Part shown: positions 1 through 10,165 of the stretch, piece by piece
Layout of the letters: every line of letters starts with the position of its first letter
How positions within the stretch are numbered: the stretch's first letter is position 1
DNA from: a virus
Lineage: Duplodnaviria; Caudoviricetes
Reading direction: 5' to 3' (one strand)
IMG/VR virus record: IMGVR_UViG_3300037493_003077
Span: 1 to 52,190 of that record
DNA length: 52,190 nt
Translations under genes and position numbers: made by a program
The notes under the pieces: model-generated
What the model was told of the DNA's origin: nothing
The model's database searches: none
Seen by the model: only the letters and a program-made list of their open reading frames with translations

Positions 1-15
1 TAGGAACAAAAACAC

Positions 16-1419
16 ATGAGCGGATTCAACAGCAATTATTTCAATAGACATCTTATTAATGATATGAGAAATGCCCTAAACTCGGTCTTCATTGGAGAAG
101 GAGAAACTTCTGCAAGAAATCTTGAACTATTTAGAGAGCGACAAGCTAGCCAGAAAGCAGATCGTATAGCTAGAGGTAAGGCAAACAATGCTGCTAAGGC
201 TGAGCGCGAAACTGCGAAAAAAGCAGCAGGAGCACCAGCAGCAGGAGCACCAGCAGCAGGAACACCAGCAGCAGCAGCAGCAGCAGCAACAACCCCAGCA
301 GCAGCACCAGCAGCAGGAACACCAGCAGCAGCTGCGGGGCGTGGGGCCCGCGCAGGGGAGATAAACACAGATTCAACTAAGTGGGAACAGAAGAATGGAC
401 GGCCGCTGTCTATTAATCAAGATGGTTCTTTTAATATTTCACAAAAAACTCTAGACCAAGCACAAGCAAACAGAAACTCAGAGACTGCTGAAAGTCCCCC
501 TAGAAAAAGATATGTGAATCCGAATAGTCCCGAAGGAAGAGTTGAAGCATCAATTGCTGCTGGAAATGAACCTGATATGCAGCGAGATCGACCGCGAGAT
601 CAAGGTGGCAGAATCATAACCAATGACAGGGGAGTTCAAGATCCAGACGCTGTAGGATATGCTGCTGGTCAAAGAGCATTTGATGCAAGTATAGCATCAA
701 ATACTAGAGATGTAAGAAGGCAAGACACTAGTAGAGTTGAAGGGGAAGTAAGAGCAGCAGATATTGCGAAAAATGGTCCAATGCCGACTGATGCAGTAGG
801 TTCAAATACTCAAGCAATGCGCATTGCTAAAGAACAAGCGCGAATAGATGCGCAAGTTAGACCATCTGTACAACCAGCAGTACCAGCTTATAAGCCAATT
901 AATACATCGAAAATGACAAGTGGGGAACGAGATGCAGCTAACATGTTAAATGACTTAAACGCACCAGCAGCACAACGAACTGATACGCCAGCACAACCAA
1001 CAGCACAACCAACAGCACAACCAACAGTAAAACCAGTTGGTACGCCAGCAGCACCAGCAGGACGCGAGAGCATGATCACAGCAAACGCCCGCGCCGATTT
1101 TGCCAAGAAAATGTTGGAAATTTCTACAGGAAACACTCGTCCAGTAAGCTTGGGACGCGATGCTCGCGAAGATAATTCAGCAAAGAAGAGAATTTATAAA
1201 CAGGAACAAGATGCGCAAGCAGCAGCAGAAAAAGCAAGAGAAGATCAAAATGCATTTAGAAGATCACGCTTTGCGTTAGATGAAACAATGTGGAATGGAA
1301 CAATAGGTCCAAATGGTGGACAACGAGCAAAACCAGCAGGTTCACCGAAACCCACACTAAAAGTAGAAAGTGCAGTGAAACCTAAAACCCCTCCTCAGAC
1401 ATTCTTTCCAATGAGATAA
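16..1419 (+). CDS. Hypothetical Ala/Pro-rich, likely disordered protein (467 aa)
   Basis: Only long plus-strand ORF; AGGA upstream; AAGAP/AAGTP and TAQP repeats; ends shortly before a hairpin terminator. Confidence 0.75.
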   Translation: MSGFNSNYFNRHLINDMRNALNSVFIGEGETSARNLELFRERQASQKADRIARGKANNAAKAERETAKKAAGAPAAGAPAAGTPAAAAAAATTPAAAPAAGTPAAAAGRGARAGEINTDSTKWEQKNGRPLSINQDGSFNISQKTLDQAQANRNSETAESPPRKRYVNPNSPEGRVEASIAAGNEPDMQRDRPRDQGGRIITNDRGVQDPDAVGYAAGQRAFDASIASNTRDVRRQDTSRVEGEVRAADIAKNGPMPTDAVGSNTQAMRIAKEQARIDAQVRPSVQPAVPAYKPINTSKMTSGERDAANMLNDLNAPAAQRTDTPAQPTAQPTAQPTVKPVGTPAAPAGRESMITANARADFAKKMLEISTGNTRPVSLGRDAREDNSAKKRIYKQEQDAQAAAEKAREDQNAFRRSRFALDETMWNGTIGPNGGQRAKPAGSPKPTLKVESAVKPKTPPQTFFPMR

Positions 1420-1474
1420 AGAAACACAGCGACAAGATTGAATTCTGAAAGGTCTTCTGGATTGTTCAGTTGAT

Positions 1475-1500
1475 AAAAAACCCCCGAAAGGGGGTTTTTC
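1475..1500. terminator. Bidirectional rho-independent terminator
   Basis: AAAAAA-CCCCC-GAAA-GGGGG-TTTTT between convergent ORFs 16..1419(+) and 1502..4921(-). Confidence 0.9.
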
Positions 1501-1501
1501 T

Positions 1502-4500
1502 TTAGCGCAATATTGAATCTATTGTATTGTTCCAATAATTATCACCAGATGAAGCAAATGTTATTGAGGTTGGAATAGGATCAGATCCAATGTAAGGTGG
1601 AGCAAAGGTACAACCTTTTGGAGTCAAAGTCTTGGCAATATCCTTGAATATTGTAAGTTGCTTGCCAAATGTAGTTCCACGCATATTTGTGTTAAACCAA
1701 GATCTTGTATCTGATCCTAGGGTAGTGTCTGTCCAATATCCACCAGTATATGAAACTGTGTTAACTCCATTCACTTTGGATGCAGCAGCGGTAGTAAATC
1801 CCTTTGGATAGAATATAGGCATTACTACAGAATATGGATTTGCTGTTGCTTGCCACCATCTATATGTCCATTGTATAACATTACCTTGATTGAGCAAATA
1901 GAATCCTGCTATCATATATGGTTCAAATGATAAAGTGCTAAAGGCATTGAACTTTCTTCTTGCTTTCCATGTGTCGGTCCCATATGTAAGACCACCTCTA
2001 TAAAACCAATCCATTGCTATATCAGCACCAGCATAATAATAACACATCGCATAATATGGACTATACACATTACTATATTGATCATTGAAACTAGCCTGAC
2101 CAGATAAGAAAAGATCCAGTGTAGCACCAGCATGAGTTGCAATTGTAGTCATTCCCCACGGCAATCGTTCACCAGTAGTTAAATAACTTCCACCTAAACG
2201 ATGAGTCCAAGCATTTGTTGAATTTGCTATGGAATTATCAAATCCATTATCACCAAGAGAAGAAGCAATTGATGGATCAGAATACCATAAATAATTCTCA
2301 TCGCTTGTCCAGTAACTGTGAGATCCACAGAATCCTGTGCTTGCTGTTGTCCCGATAGCACCTAATGTGTATCCAAGTGGAAATGGAGTAGTAACATTTC
2401 CATATGCTACTCCTAGACCAGTTGACATAGCTTGTTTCATTCGTACCTGGGGTCTTGCTTCAACCAGACAAGGAATTCCTCTTTTTGCAAGTTCTGTCCT
2501 AAAATACCAATCTGCCAATTCGCACACATCGGATTTATAATCGAATAAACTTCTAAACAATTGTACAGTAGTTGGAGTTGCTGAGAGAGCATCGCTATCT
2601 ATTGCAAAAGAAAGAAATCCTTTAGTGTCTGTGCTTGCTTTACACGAAGCAATAAAATTCACCATCTGGTCTAATCGTGACAGCAGTGCAGAATCTCTTT
2701 CTGCATTTGTGCCAGCGGAATATGTCCACCAATCATGCATAAAATTACGATAAGATTGCCACCCATTGCATCCAGAACCATATATCATGACATCACAATA
2801 TTCGGTCAATCCTGCTCTTCCTGTTGCTCCAGGAATCATAGTTCCTTCAAGCAATTGATTTATAGCACCAGTGAATCCCTTTACTCTTGCTGGACACCAT
2901 TCATGTAGTGTTGAAGAATTATAAGAAGTCATTCCACATAAACCAGCTCTAGTGTATATTGAAGAAAATCCAGTAGTACCATATAATTGATCCAATGGAT
3001 GGAGTAACCATGTATGATTCGTAAAGGCCTCTCCGAATGGAAAATTAATATGGAGTGCTCGCATTCCAGCAAAATAACTTTCACTGAAAATTTCATATAT
3101 GATATTATGCCATGGAGAAGATGTTGCTGGATTTGCTGGGTTGAATTCAAATGGATATGCTCTAAAGGTATGTCCCTTTGCACCAAATGTAGAAGCAAGT
3201 GCGACTCCCTCTGGATCTCCTCTAAATGTAACTATAGTTCCATAATTCCATCCATCATATTCAAATGTATTGGCTCCTGCCAATCCTGACATTTGATAAA
3301 ATCTTCGCACGAAATCTGTAGATCTTCTGTCAAGCAATTGTTGACCCAATGATCTAGTAAATGTTGGTTTTGTATTTGTTAAAGTTTGGAACCATGCTCC
3401 ACCATCAGCATCTAGTGAAACCACAAACGAATTGGAATCTTGTATTTCTATTCCTGATTTTGGAGTTACTCTCCAAAGATAATTTCCAGAAGTAGATTGA
3501 GCACCACTAATCACATAATCAGCAAGAAAATCAATTCTCTCGTTATGAGTTTCGGAAGTAGATATACTTCCACCTAAAAGTGTATTCAATTCAGTTAGAA
3601 CACTGTTAAGTGCTGTGCATCCAGCATTGAGTTTTGTTGCGTCTTCTTCACCATCATTATAATAATTAAACATCTTCACACCAGTCAGTGCAAAATGTCT
3701 TATTGATTCATAATATAATCCAAGAGCAGTTGCGCTTTGTAACCATTTGGTATCAAATCCAGCAGCATTACCTATATAGTATGGACTTGCAATATACGGA
3801 GTGATCGCAGCACCAGCAGATCCTCTTTTTACTGCTCTCATTTTTTGAAGTAGAATAAGAAGGTGATTCCATGGATTTGAATCAAATTCTGTAGTTGCAG
3901 CATAATCTTTACGAACAATCCTTGTAGTATCGCTATTCAATACACCATATCCCGCAACTGCTCCAGTCCACCCAGCATATATTTCAGGAGCAGCATAATC
4001 TCCAACAATACCTGTTCTTACTATTGGATGTCCATTGATATCATATGCGTTTCCTGCTGTACCACCATCAAGAATTACCTGTGAACCATAATTGCTTATC
4101 TTTACAGATGGATAAATGCTTTTAAGTGGAGCAACCATAAATTGATTAAGAAATGCTGAATGTATTGCCTGAGTGGCACGATCCCAGAACAAATAATCTC
4201 TTGTATTCTGAGGATGATATGTTCCATTTACAAGAGTAGTAAATCCAAATGCGTATGAACCACCTTGAGTATAAAGATTATTGAAACTAGTGGATCCATA
4301 CCATGTTTGATTAAATTTAGCATCACTTGTTATTCCAAATATCTGATTGGTCCAGTTAACTGATGGTCCATATGGGAAAGCGAATGTTCCACCTTGTTCA
4401 CCATCTATTAGAATATAGTCTGGAATTGCTCCAGAATTACCAAGTCGTGTAAAAAATGCTGTAATATCTGAACTCACAGTAATCCCAGCATTTTCCGCCC

Positions 4501-4921
4501 AAGGAGATTGTCTTCCGCTAACATAACGGTCACCAGCCTCACCGTATATCGGTCCATTGTCATACCGCATTGTTCGGTATGATCTTTTACCACTTGGAAG
4601 TTCCTTCAACTTATTAATAATACCATCAATTCGGACATTAGGAGGTCCACCACAATATGTTCCATTAATAAATTGTGCTACTGTACTATGTTGGTATCCA
4701 CCATCAGCAATACAATCATTAATATGAATCATTGGTTTGACATATGTGTAAAAATTAACATTTCCAAGTGATTCCGCAGCATATTTTGTATCTATAGCTG
4801 TAGGATCAGTAGGATACCATGAAGCAGCCCAGAGATCTGTTAATGCATCTGGAACTACTATGGCATTGAAATATATCTTTTGTATTCCCGTTGCGCGACT
4901 AATATTTACAACATACGACAT
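1502..4921 (-). CDS. Large hypothetical protein (1139 aa), aromatic/Gly/Thr-rich; possible virion-associated carbohydrate-active protein
   Basis: Long ORF closely packed with the upstream gene; no firm family motif; W/Y/G-rich. Confidence 0.75.
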   Translation of the reverse strand: MSYVVNISRATGIQKIYFNAIVVPDALTDLWAASWYPTDPTAIDTKYAAESLGNVNFYTYVKPMIHINDCIADGGYQHSTVAQFINGTYCGGPPNVRIDGIINKLKELPSGKRSYRTMRYDNGPIYGEAGDRYVSGRQSPWAENAGITVSSDITAFFTRLGNSGAIPDYILIDGEQGGTFAFPYGPSVNWTNQIFGITSDAKFNQTWYGSTSFNNLYTQGGSYAFGFTTLVNGTYHPQNTRDYLFWDRATQAIHSAFLNQFMVAPLKSIYPSVKISNYGSQVILDGGTAGNAYDINGHPIVRTGIVGDYAAPEIYAGWTGAVAGYGVLNSDTTRIVRKDYAATTEFDSNPWNHLLILLQKMRAVKRGSAGAAITPYIASPYYIGNAAGFDTKWLQSATALGLYYESIRHFALTGVKMFNYYNDGEEDATKLNAGCTALNSVLTELNTLLGGSISTSETHNERIDFLADYVISGAQSTSGNYLWRVTPKSGIEIQDSNSFVVSLDADGGAWFQTLTNTKPTFTRSLGQQLLDRRSTDFVRRFYQMSGLAGANTFEYDGWNYGTIVTFRGDPEGVALASTFGAKGHTFRAYPFEFNPANPATSSPWHNIIYEIFSESYFAGMRALHINFPFGEAFTNHTWLLHPLDQLYGTTGFSSIYTRAGLCGMTSYNSSTLHEWCPARVKGFTGAINQLLEGTMIPGATGRAGLTEYCDVMIYGSGCNGWQSYRNFMHDWWTYSAGTNAERDSALLSRLDQMVNFIASCKASTDTKGFLSFAIDSDALSATPTTVQLFRSLFDYKSDVCELADWYFRTELAKRGIPCLVEARPQVRMKQAMSTGLGVAYGNVTTPFPLGYTLGAIGTTASTGFCGSHSYWTSDENYLWYSDPSIASSLGDNGFDNSIANSTNAWTHRLGGSYLTTGERLPWGMTTIATHAGATLDLFLSGQASFNDQYSNVYSPYYAMCYYYAGADIAMDWFYRGGLTYGTDTWKARRKFNAFSTLSFEPYMIAGFYLLNQGNVIQWTYRWWQATANPYSVVMPIFYPKGFTTAAASKVNGVNTVSYTGGYWTDTTLGSDTRSWFNTNMRGTTFGKQLTIFKDIAKTLTPKGCTFAPPYIGSDPIPTSITFASSGDNYWNNTIDSILR

Positions 4922-4924
4922 AAA

Positions 4925-5308
4925 TTACTTTCGTTTTTCTAATAATAAATTCAAATCTTTATTCTTCACACCACCATCATATGCCCATGCGTATCCACCA
5001 TTAATTAAAAGATCACTAAGGCATACATCGCCATCACCATAAAATTCACCAAGTAGTCTTCCATATTTGTCATCCTTGAAAGTCTTGATCTTTACTTGCT
5101 TCTGATTGATCATCCAAGTAGAAACATAATTCTTTGCTTCAACAGCAAGTTTCTTTTCAGTGACATTCTTGCTATTTGTTTCTGGAGTATCAACTCTATT
5201 TATTCTGACTCTTTCTTTACGGTAGACATCGAATCCAAGATCCAATACGATGTCTACCGTATCACCATCTACTATTTTTACAATTTCTTTTACAATATAT
5301 TCGTACAT
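4925..5308 (-). CDS. Thermonuclease (SNase-like) family nuclease
   Basis: VDGDT, RVRINRVDTPE, DKYGRLL and LINGGYA motifs. Confidence 0.9.
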   Translation of the reverse strand: MYEYIVKEIVKIVDGDTVDIVLDLGFDVYRKERVRINRVDTPETNSKNVTEKKLAVEAKNYVSTWMINQKQVKIKTFKDDKYGRLLGEFYGDGDVCLSDLLINGGYAWAYDGGVKNKDLNLLLEKRK

Positions 5309-5318
5309 TTATAGTTAT

Positions 5319-6071
5319 TCAACTCCAGTTATTTACTAGTAATGCTAGATCCTGTGAGTTTACGATTCCATCGTTATTGATGTCGTGTGGATTAGGTTTA
5401 AAGCTAGCAGCTCCCCAATCAGCAAGCAACTCACCCATATCCTGAGCATTTACCAATCCATCATTGTTGAAATCACCTTGCACGGCAACTCCAACGGTGG
5501 TATTGGTAAGAGATCCTGTGACAACATTTCCACCAACGCAGCAACCATATACGATACATTTCGCTGGGTATTGTGGATTCAGAGGTAGATTGTCATGCAG
5601 AATAACCTCTGATCTACCCAATCCAACTACCTTGAAGATAAATTTTGCCATCTGAGCAGGTTCGGTAGTTACAATCCATTCATATCCAAGAACTCCGTAG
5701 CAGTAAAACATTCCATTGCCATCTTGGGGTGGTACTACTTCGTTACATAAAGTATAGTCGTTTGCAGGAAAGGTAGAATACCCTTGCATGACTCCCACAT
5801 GGGAACCAACCAATGATACTCCGAGTAGTTGAAGTCTGGTAGGATCCCATCCAAAGGGAACATCGGCGACCACGAACCGCTGTGGATTGTTCTCAGCTGA
5901 TACCATGAGTTGTACCTCAATGATATCATCTATCGCCACAGACTGTTGTGGAGTCACTAGCGAGAGATTCAATTTAGCACTTGGATCGTTCTGCGCAAAA
6001 GACATGCTTGCTAGGCATACTGAGAAGACAAAGAAGAGAAAGAATGATTTGATGTACTGTTGTAGTTTCAT
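5319..6071 (-). CDS. Secreted protein: signal peptide, cohesin-like beta-sandwich, C-terminal dockerin-type EF-hand pair
   Basis: Hydrophobic N-terminus ending SFA|Q; WDPTRLQL and AKFIFKVVG cohesin-like strands; GDFNNDGLVNAQD and DINNDGIVNSQD duplicated Ca-binding loops. Confidence 0.75.
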   Translation of the reverse strand: MKLQQYIKSFFLFFVFSVCLASMSFAQNDPSAKLNLSLVTPQQSVAIDDIIEVQLMVSAENNPQRFVVADVPFGWDPTRLQLLGVSLVGSHVGVMQGYSTFPANDYTLCNEVVPPQDGNGMFYCYGVLGYEWIVTTEPAQMAKFIFKVVGLGRSEVILHDNLPLNPQYPAKCIVYGCCVGGNVVTGSLTNTTVGVAVQGDFNNDGLVNAQDMGELLADWGAASFKPNPHDINNDGIVNSQDLALLVNNWS

Positions 6072-6087
6072 TTGATTTCCTTTCCTC

Positions 6088-6095
6088 TATTTATA
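6088..6095 (-). promoter_or_regulatory. T4-type late promoter TATAAATA
   Basis: Exact TATAAATA on the minus strand, followed by GAGGAAAGGA and the ATG at 6071. Confidence 0.7.
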
Positions 6096-6128
6096 AAAAG
6101 AAACCCCCGTTCGCAAAGAACGGGGGTT
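6094..6128 (-). terminator. Rho-independent terminator
   Basis: 11-bp stem AACCCCCGTTC/GAACGGGGGTT, 5-nt loop, U-rich tail on the minus strand, downstream of the beta-barrel gene. Confidence 0.85.
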
Positions 6129-6154
6129 CGACTGGGGGTTTAAACCTTGAGGGT

Positions 6155-6967
6155 TTAGAATGCTAAATGTAATCCAATTCCAACGACAGAACTGATTGTG
6201 TCGTATGGAATATCCTCTGATACTGCAAATCCAATTTCTGCTGAGAGTGTTGCTCTCTCAGTAAGTTTCATATTTACAATTGGACCAAGAAGAAAGGCAT
6301 TATAAGAACCAGAATATTGTTGTTCTGCCTTAACGCCAAACTTAATCATATCTGCTACATCGTAGGTAGCTGTTGTGGTGAATTTAAGAACATCGTCCGT
6401 GACATAACCACCGAATACTGGATTAAATGTGTAGTCTCCTGTGAAGACATAATTAAATCCTTGGACCACTTCAAACTTATCTTTCTGAATGCCAATATCT
6501 GCTCCAGCATGTGCTGTTGCTGAACTTGAGGAATATTCCCCATCTACTGGAATGTAAAGACCAGCATTTACAGTTGCCCACACATCTGCTTTCAGATAAT
6601 CGCACTTACCTTTATAAGCATCATACTTTACAAAGAGATCAATGTCTGATAATCCAGTACCAGATCCTTCTGATACACCCTGATTGAGTTGCCATGCAAG
6701 TTGCTGACCCGTTGCTGGATTCTCATTGCTGATGACATCAAACCCAACACCTACTGTAAACTTATCGTATACTTTGGTGCTGAATGTGTCGTTGAGAACG
6801 AAAGTGCTGCCACTGTCAAGAGTGTAAAGACTTGCATTTGCAGTCCAATCAATCTTGAATTTATCGCCACTAATTCCTGGTTCTGCTTGAGGAACTTGTT
6901 GAGCAAAAGCAATTGCAGTCACGAATAATGAAACTAACGAAAATAATGTTTTAAAAATTCTATTCAT
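6155..6967 (-). CDS. Putative outer-membrane beta-barrel protein
   Basis: Signal peptide (AFA|Q), alternating amphipathic strands, C-terminal VVGIGLHLAF ending in Phe (BAM-signal-like). Confidence 0.75.
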   Translation of the reverse strand: MNRIFKTLFSLVSLFVTAIAFAQQVPQAEPGISGDKFKIDWTANASLYTLDSGSTFVLNDTFSTKVYDKFTVGVGFDVISNENPATGQQLAWQLNQGVSEGSGTGLSDIDLFVKYDAYKGKCDYLKADVWATVNAGLYIPVDGEYSSSSATAHAGADIGIQKDKFEVVQGFNYVFTGDYTFNPVFGGYVTDDVLKFTTTATYDVADMIKFGVKAEQQYSGSYNAFLLGPIVNMKLTERATLSAEIGFAVSEDIPYDTISSVVGIGLHLAF

Positions 6968-6976
6968 ATTTTTCCT

Positions 6977-8896
6977 TTAAGATACTAAATCTACTACCTC
7001 ACAACTATTTGCGCTACAAGCGAACTGTTGTGTTCCTGTCGTCTTGTCTTCTTTCTCGTACTTAGTAAGCATTCCCCAGTCTACATTCTTGGGCATCTTT
7101 TCAAGTGCCTCAAGATATTCTTCTTTAGTACAATCTTGATAAGGTGCTTGCCTATATGTATGGTCGGAGTGTGGAAGGAACGAAATGCCACTGATCTCAT
7201 CAAAATACTTGTATACGAACGCTCCAACATCCATCCATTCATTTTCCTTAACAGTGATTGTGATTGATGGTTTATGTTCACACCAATATCGTTGATATGC
7301 CAACCACAACTCTAGATGTGTAATCGCAGATACATCGTTGCGAGTGAGAGAACCTTCTGCCTTTTGTGGAAATGAGAATACCATTGTATGTTCTGGTTTC
7401 ATCACACAAGGTTCACATGGGAATCCCATCTCAATCATCATCTGACATAGTGGATCCTTACGATCCGCACGAACTGTACGAATATAATATTCAGCATGAC
7501 GAGGATGAATACCAGACGCAGCATCAGTTAATTGTGAAACCGTTCCTGATGGTTTTACGCAAGTGATTGCAGCAGCAGGATTTATACCAATCTTACCTGC
7601 CCATACTTTATTAGTATCAATAGCAACTTGTTTCAGACCAGTCAGTGTGAGTTCAAGATCAACTGTGTGTCGCATCATCACATTGTCCAGTATACCAGTA
7701 AGTGAAACTCCAAGCAATGCTTCTTCCTGACAATTCTTTTTCCATTCAGATGAAAGATATGGGAAGTTTGTCAATGACGCTTGCCATGTTCCTAGAATAG
7801 ATGCGAGTTTAACCTTACGCTTGAGTGTTTCAATTGTATCCTCTGGACGAACTACAACCTCAGTAAGGTTGCAAAATTCACGGTCGCGTAAAATAATCTC
7901 AGAGCAAGGATTTGTACCAAACTCATAAGAGGAATCTCTACGATCTCCCAATTTGGCAACCGTTCTACGACATGCATCACGATTAAATATGCCGCGTTCT
8001 CCACTTTTTGATTTATAAAGCGCAACCCATTCATCTAAAAATACTCCTATTTCTGGTTTCTCTTTATACGCGACCGAGTTGTTCGCAAGGGCTCTTTGGG
8101 GGTTTTCGTTCCACCAAGCACCAGACTTGGCATCTCGCATCCTTTCATCCGTGAGATTGGATAGGCTAATAAGAGCAGATCTACGGACTCCTCCGACCAC
8201 GACAATTTCCGCAACTTTGCAGACAAGATCGTGGCATTCGATAGATGTAAGTTTTCTCCCTGCTGCTCTCTTAAAAGTGTCAACCGTGAATTTGAAGAGA
8301 TCTTCAAGAGGTCTTGGTCCTGAAGCTCTCCCACCAAATGTCTTAAGTCTCGCCCCAGCAGCACGAACTTTTGATACATCCCATCTTGGAATTTGACCTC
8401 CAATGAGTAGGGAGACAAGTTCTTTGTAACTCTTAGCCCAACCAACTTTGCTATCTTCCACGATGATTGTGGTATCTGTATTAGAAAAGTTTTCAGCGAT
8501 TGTAGGAAGTTTCTCAACATATTGTCTCTCCACACTAAATCCTACACCCGTTCCACACATAAGGATGTAGAGAATTTCGTCAAATGCACGAACACGATTA
8601 ACTGCGATATACGAGCAATTATATCCTGCGGTGTTATCACGACGCAGTGCTTCCCCTGCGGTCATCAATGCTCTCATGCTTGGCATGATCTCAAGATTCA
8701 AAACAGCAGTTTCAAGTTCTGATCTGAGTTCTGGTGTAACGGTAAAATTATTGTTCTCTTTGAGTTGATTCTCAAAGAAATCAAAATAACGCTTGACTGT
8801 CTCACCCCAAGTCTCTCGTCGTTTCTCTTTTTCAACCCAACGAGCATATCTAGAAGTGTGTATAAATTTCTGATAATCAGATGGCAATTCTTTCAT
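6977..8896 (-). CDS. nrdJ: Class II (adenosylcobalamin-dependent) ribonucleotide reductase
   Basis: GYNCSY, TNPCSEI, TCVKPSGTVSQL, C-terminal CxxxxC; no beta-subunit gene adjacent; start moved to ATG 8896 (GGAGAAG RBS). Confidence 0.92.
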   Translation of the reverse strand: MKELPSDYQKFIHTSRYARWVEKEKRRETWGETVKRYFDFFENQLKENNNFTVTPELRSELETAVLNLEIMPSMRALMTAGEALRRDNTAGYNCSYIAVNRVRAFDEILYILMCGTGVGFSVERQYVEKLPTIAENFSNTDTTIIVEDSKVGWAKSYKELVSLLIGGQIPRWDVSKVRAAGARLKTFGGRASGPRPLEDLFKFTVDTFKRAAGRKLTSIECHDLVCKVAEIVVVGGVRRSALISLSNLTDERMRDAKSGAWWNENPQRALANNSVAYKEKPEIGVFLDEWVALYKSKSGERGIFNRDACRRTVAKLGDRRDSSYEFGTNPCSEIILRDREFCNLTEVVVRPEDTIETLKRKVKLASILGTWQASLTNFPYLSSEWKKNCQEEALLGVSLTGILDNVMMRHTVDLELTLTGLKQVAIDTNKVWAGKIGINPAAAITCVKPSGTVSQLTDAASGIHPRHAEYYIRTVRADRKDPLCQMMIEMGFPCEPCVMKPEHTMVFSFPQKAEGSLTRNDVSAITHLELWLAYQRYWCEHKPSITITVKENEWMDVGAFVYKYFDEISGISFLPHSDHTYRQAPYQDCTKEEYLEALEKMPKNVDWGMLTKYEKEDKTTGTQQFACSANSCEVVDLVS

Positions 8897-8922
8897 TAAC
8901 TTCTCCTGTTTAATTCGGTATC

Positions 8923-9636
8923 TTATGTATTCTTGGTCAAAACATGCCAAGACTCTGGGAACAATGGATCAATTATATTTCCAATTGCTCTTGCGTATTC
9001 TTGTACTTCCCACTGTGCGTGAGGATCCATTCTTTGAGTATATACTCTAGCGAATGCAGAAAGAGATCCAGTCCACCACCACTCAGTGTAGATTCCCTGT
9101 GGTAGAACAAATCGCGCTTGCTCTGGTGCAACTCCTGCTTCAAGAAGTTCATCGTAGATCTTGATGCATTCTTCTGCTGCTTTACGATACTTTGTGTCAA
9201 GTTCTTCTTTGAGTCTCACATCTGTGATGAACTCTTCGGATCCTTGCTTTGCACCATTCGTTGGTTTGCTTCTGAAGTATGGAAAATAAAGATCTGGTTG
9301 ATACGAAACATATCGTCGTGAAATTTCATTCTCTACAAATCCAACCTTATGTTTAAAAAGTTGTGTGCGAATTGAAATCGGTGCTTTGATTCGCAGTGTG
9401 ATCTGCGGATGGGCGAACGGAGTCCAATGATTGTGTTCTGCTAGATAGCGAATCAACTTGAAATCCTTATCTGACAATTTCCTATCCTTTATATGACCAG
9501 AAAAATGTTGATCACCATCCCATGAACTCTCTTTGTTAAAGGATACTCTCGCTGCATTTACAACAGTAAGATCAGATCCCATATGATCAACATATTCAAC
9601 AAATCCCGCATCAAGAACATTAACTTTCTGAATCAT
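8923..9636 (-). CDS. thyX: Flavin-dependent thymidylate synthase
   Basis: VNAARVSF, HWTPF, RTQLFKHKVGFVENEISRRY, APEQARFVLP, HAQWEV. Confidence 0.93.
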   Translation of the reverse strand: MIQKVNVLDAGFVEYVDHMGSDLTVVNAARVSFNKESSWDGDQHFSGHIKDRKLSDKDFKLIRYLAEHNHWTPFAHPQITLRIKAPISIRTQLFKHKVGFVENEISRRYVSYQPDLYFPYFRSKPTNGAKQGSEEFITDVRLKEELDTKYRKAAEECIKIYDELLEAGVAPEQARFVLPQGIYTEWWWTGSLSAFARVYTQRMDPHAQWEVQEYARAIGNIIDPLFPESWHVLTKNT

Positions 9637-10165
9637 TAGTATTAAACTCCTTTAGAAAATCGCTACCACTTCCTAACACTCGGACAATCTGTGTTTTTGC
9701 AAATTCAATAAACTTTGGATCATCCTTGACATATTGACAAATGTTTGAAAAGTTCGCCCAATCCTCTAGAGTAAATGAATCATAATCAAGTTCCTTTGCG
9801 TGTCGAACAAAGTTGCTCAGATAATTCTTCATTCCAAGAATATCTTCTTTGTTTGTATTCTTTTTCTTCATCCACATATTCGCTGCTTTGTCTTCATCTC
9901 CAACTTTATCAACCAATCGTTTAAAGTTCATTTCCTTCTTAAGAAGAATTGTCAAAAGTTCCTCTAAGAATTTTGCATTATCTTCATGCCAATAATCAAA
10001 TTCAATTCCATTTGAGGCAGTATATGTCTTTGCATAATCTACTGCGCGGTAGAACATCTCTTCATCGCTTTCGCGAATATATTCAGAAAACTTAAAATGG
10101 AACTCAACGAGTCCAACCAATAGTTTATAGTCTTTATCGGAAATTTTCATTGACATTTTCTCCAT
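9620..10165 (-). CDS. Hypothetical protein (start may be 10156 or 10150)
   Basis: ORF overlaps primase and thyX; no motif recognised. Confidence 0.7.
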   Translation of the reverse strand: MEKMSMKISDKDYKLLVGLVEFHFKFSEYIRESDEEMFYRAVDYAKTYTASNGIEFDYWHEDNAKFLEELLTILLKKEMNFKRLVDKVGDEDKAANMWMKKKNTNKEDILGMKNYLSNFVRHAKELDYDSFTLEDWANFSNICQYVKDDPKFIEFAKTQIVRVLGSGSDFLKEFNTNDSES

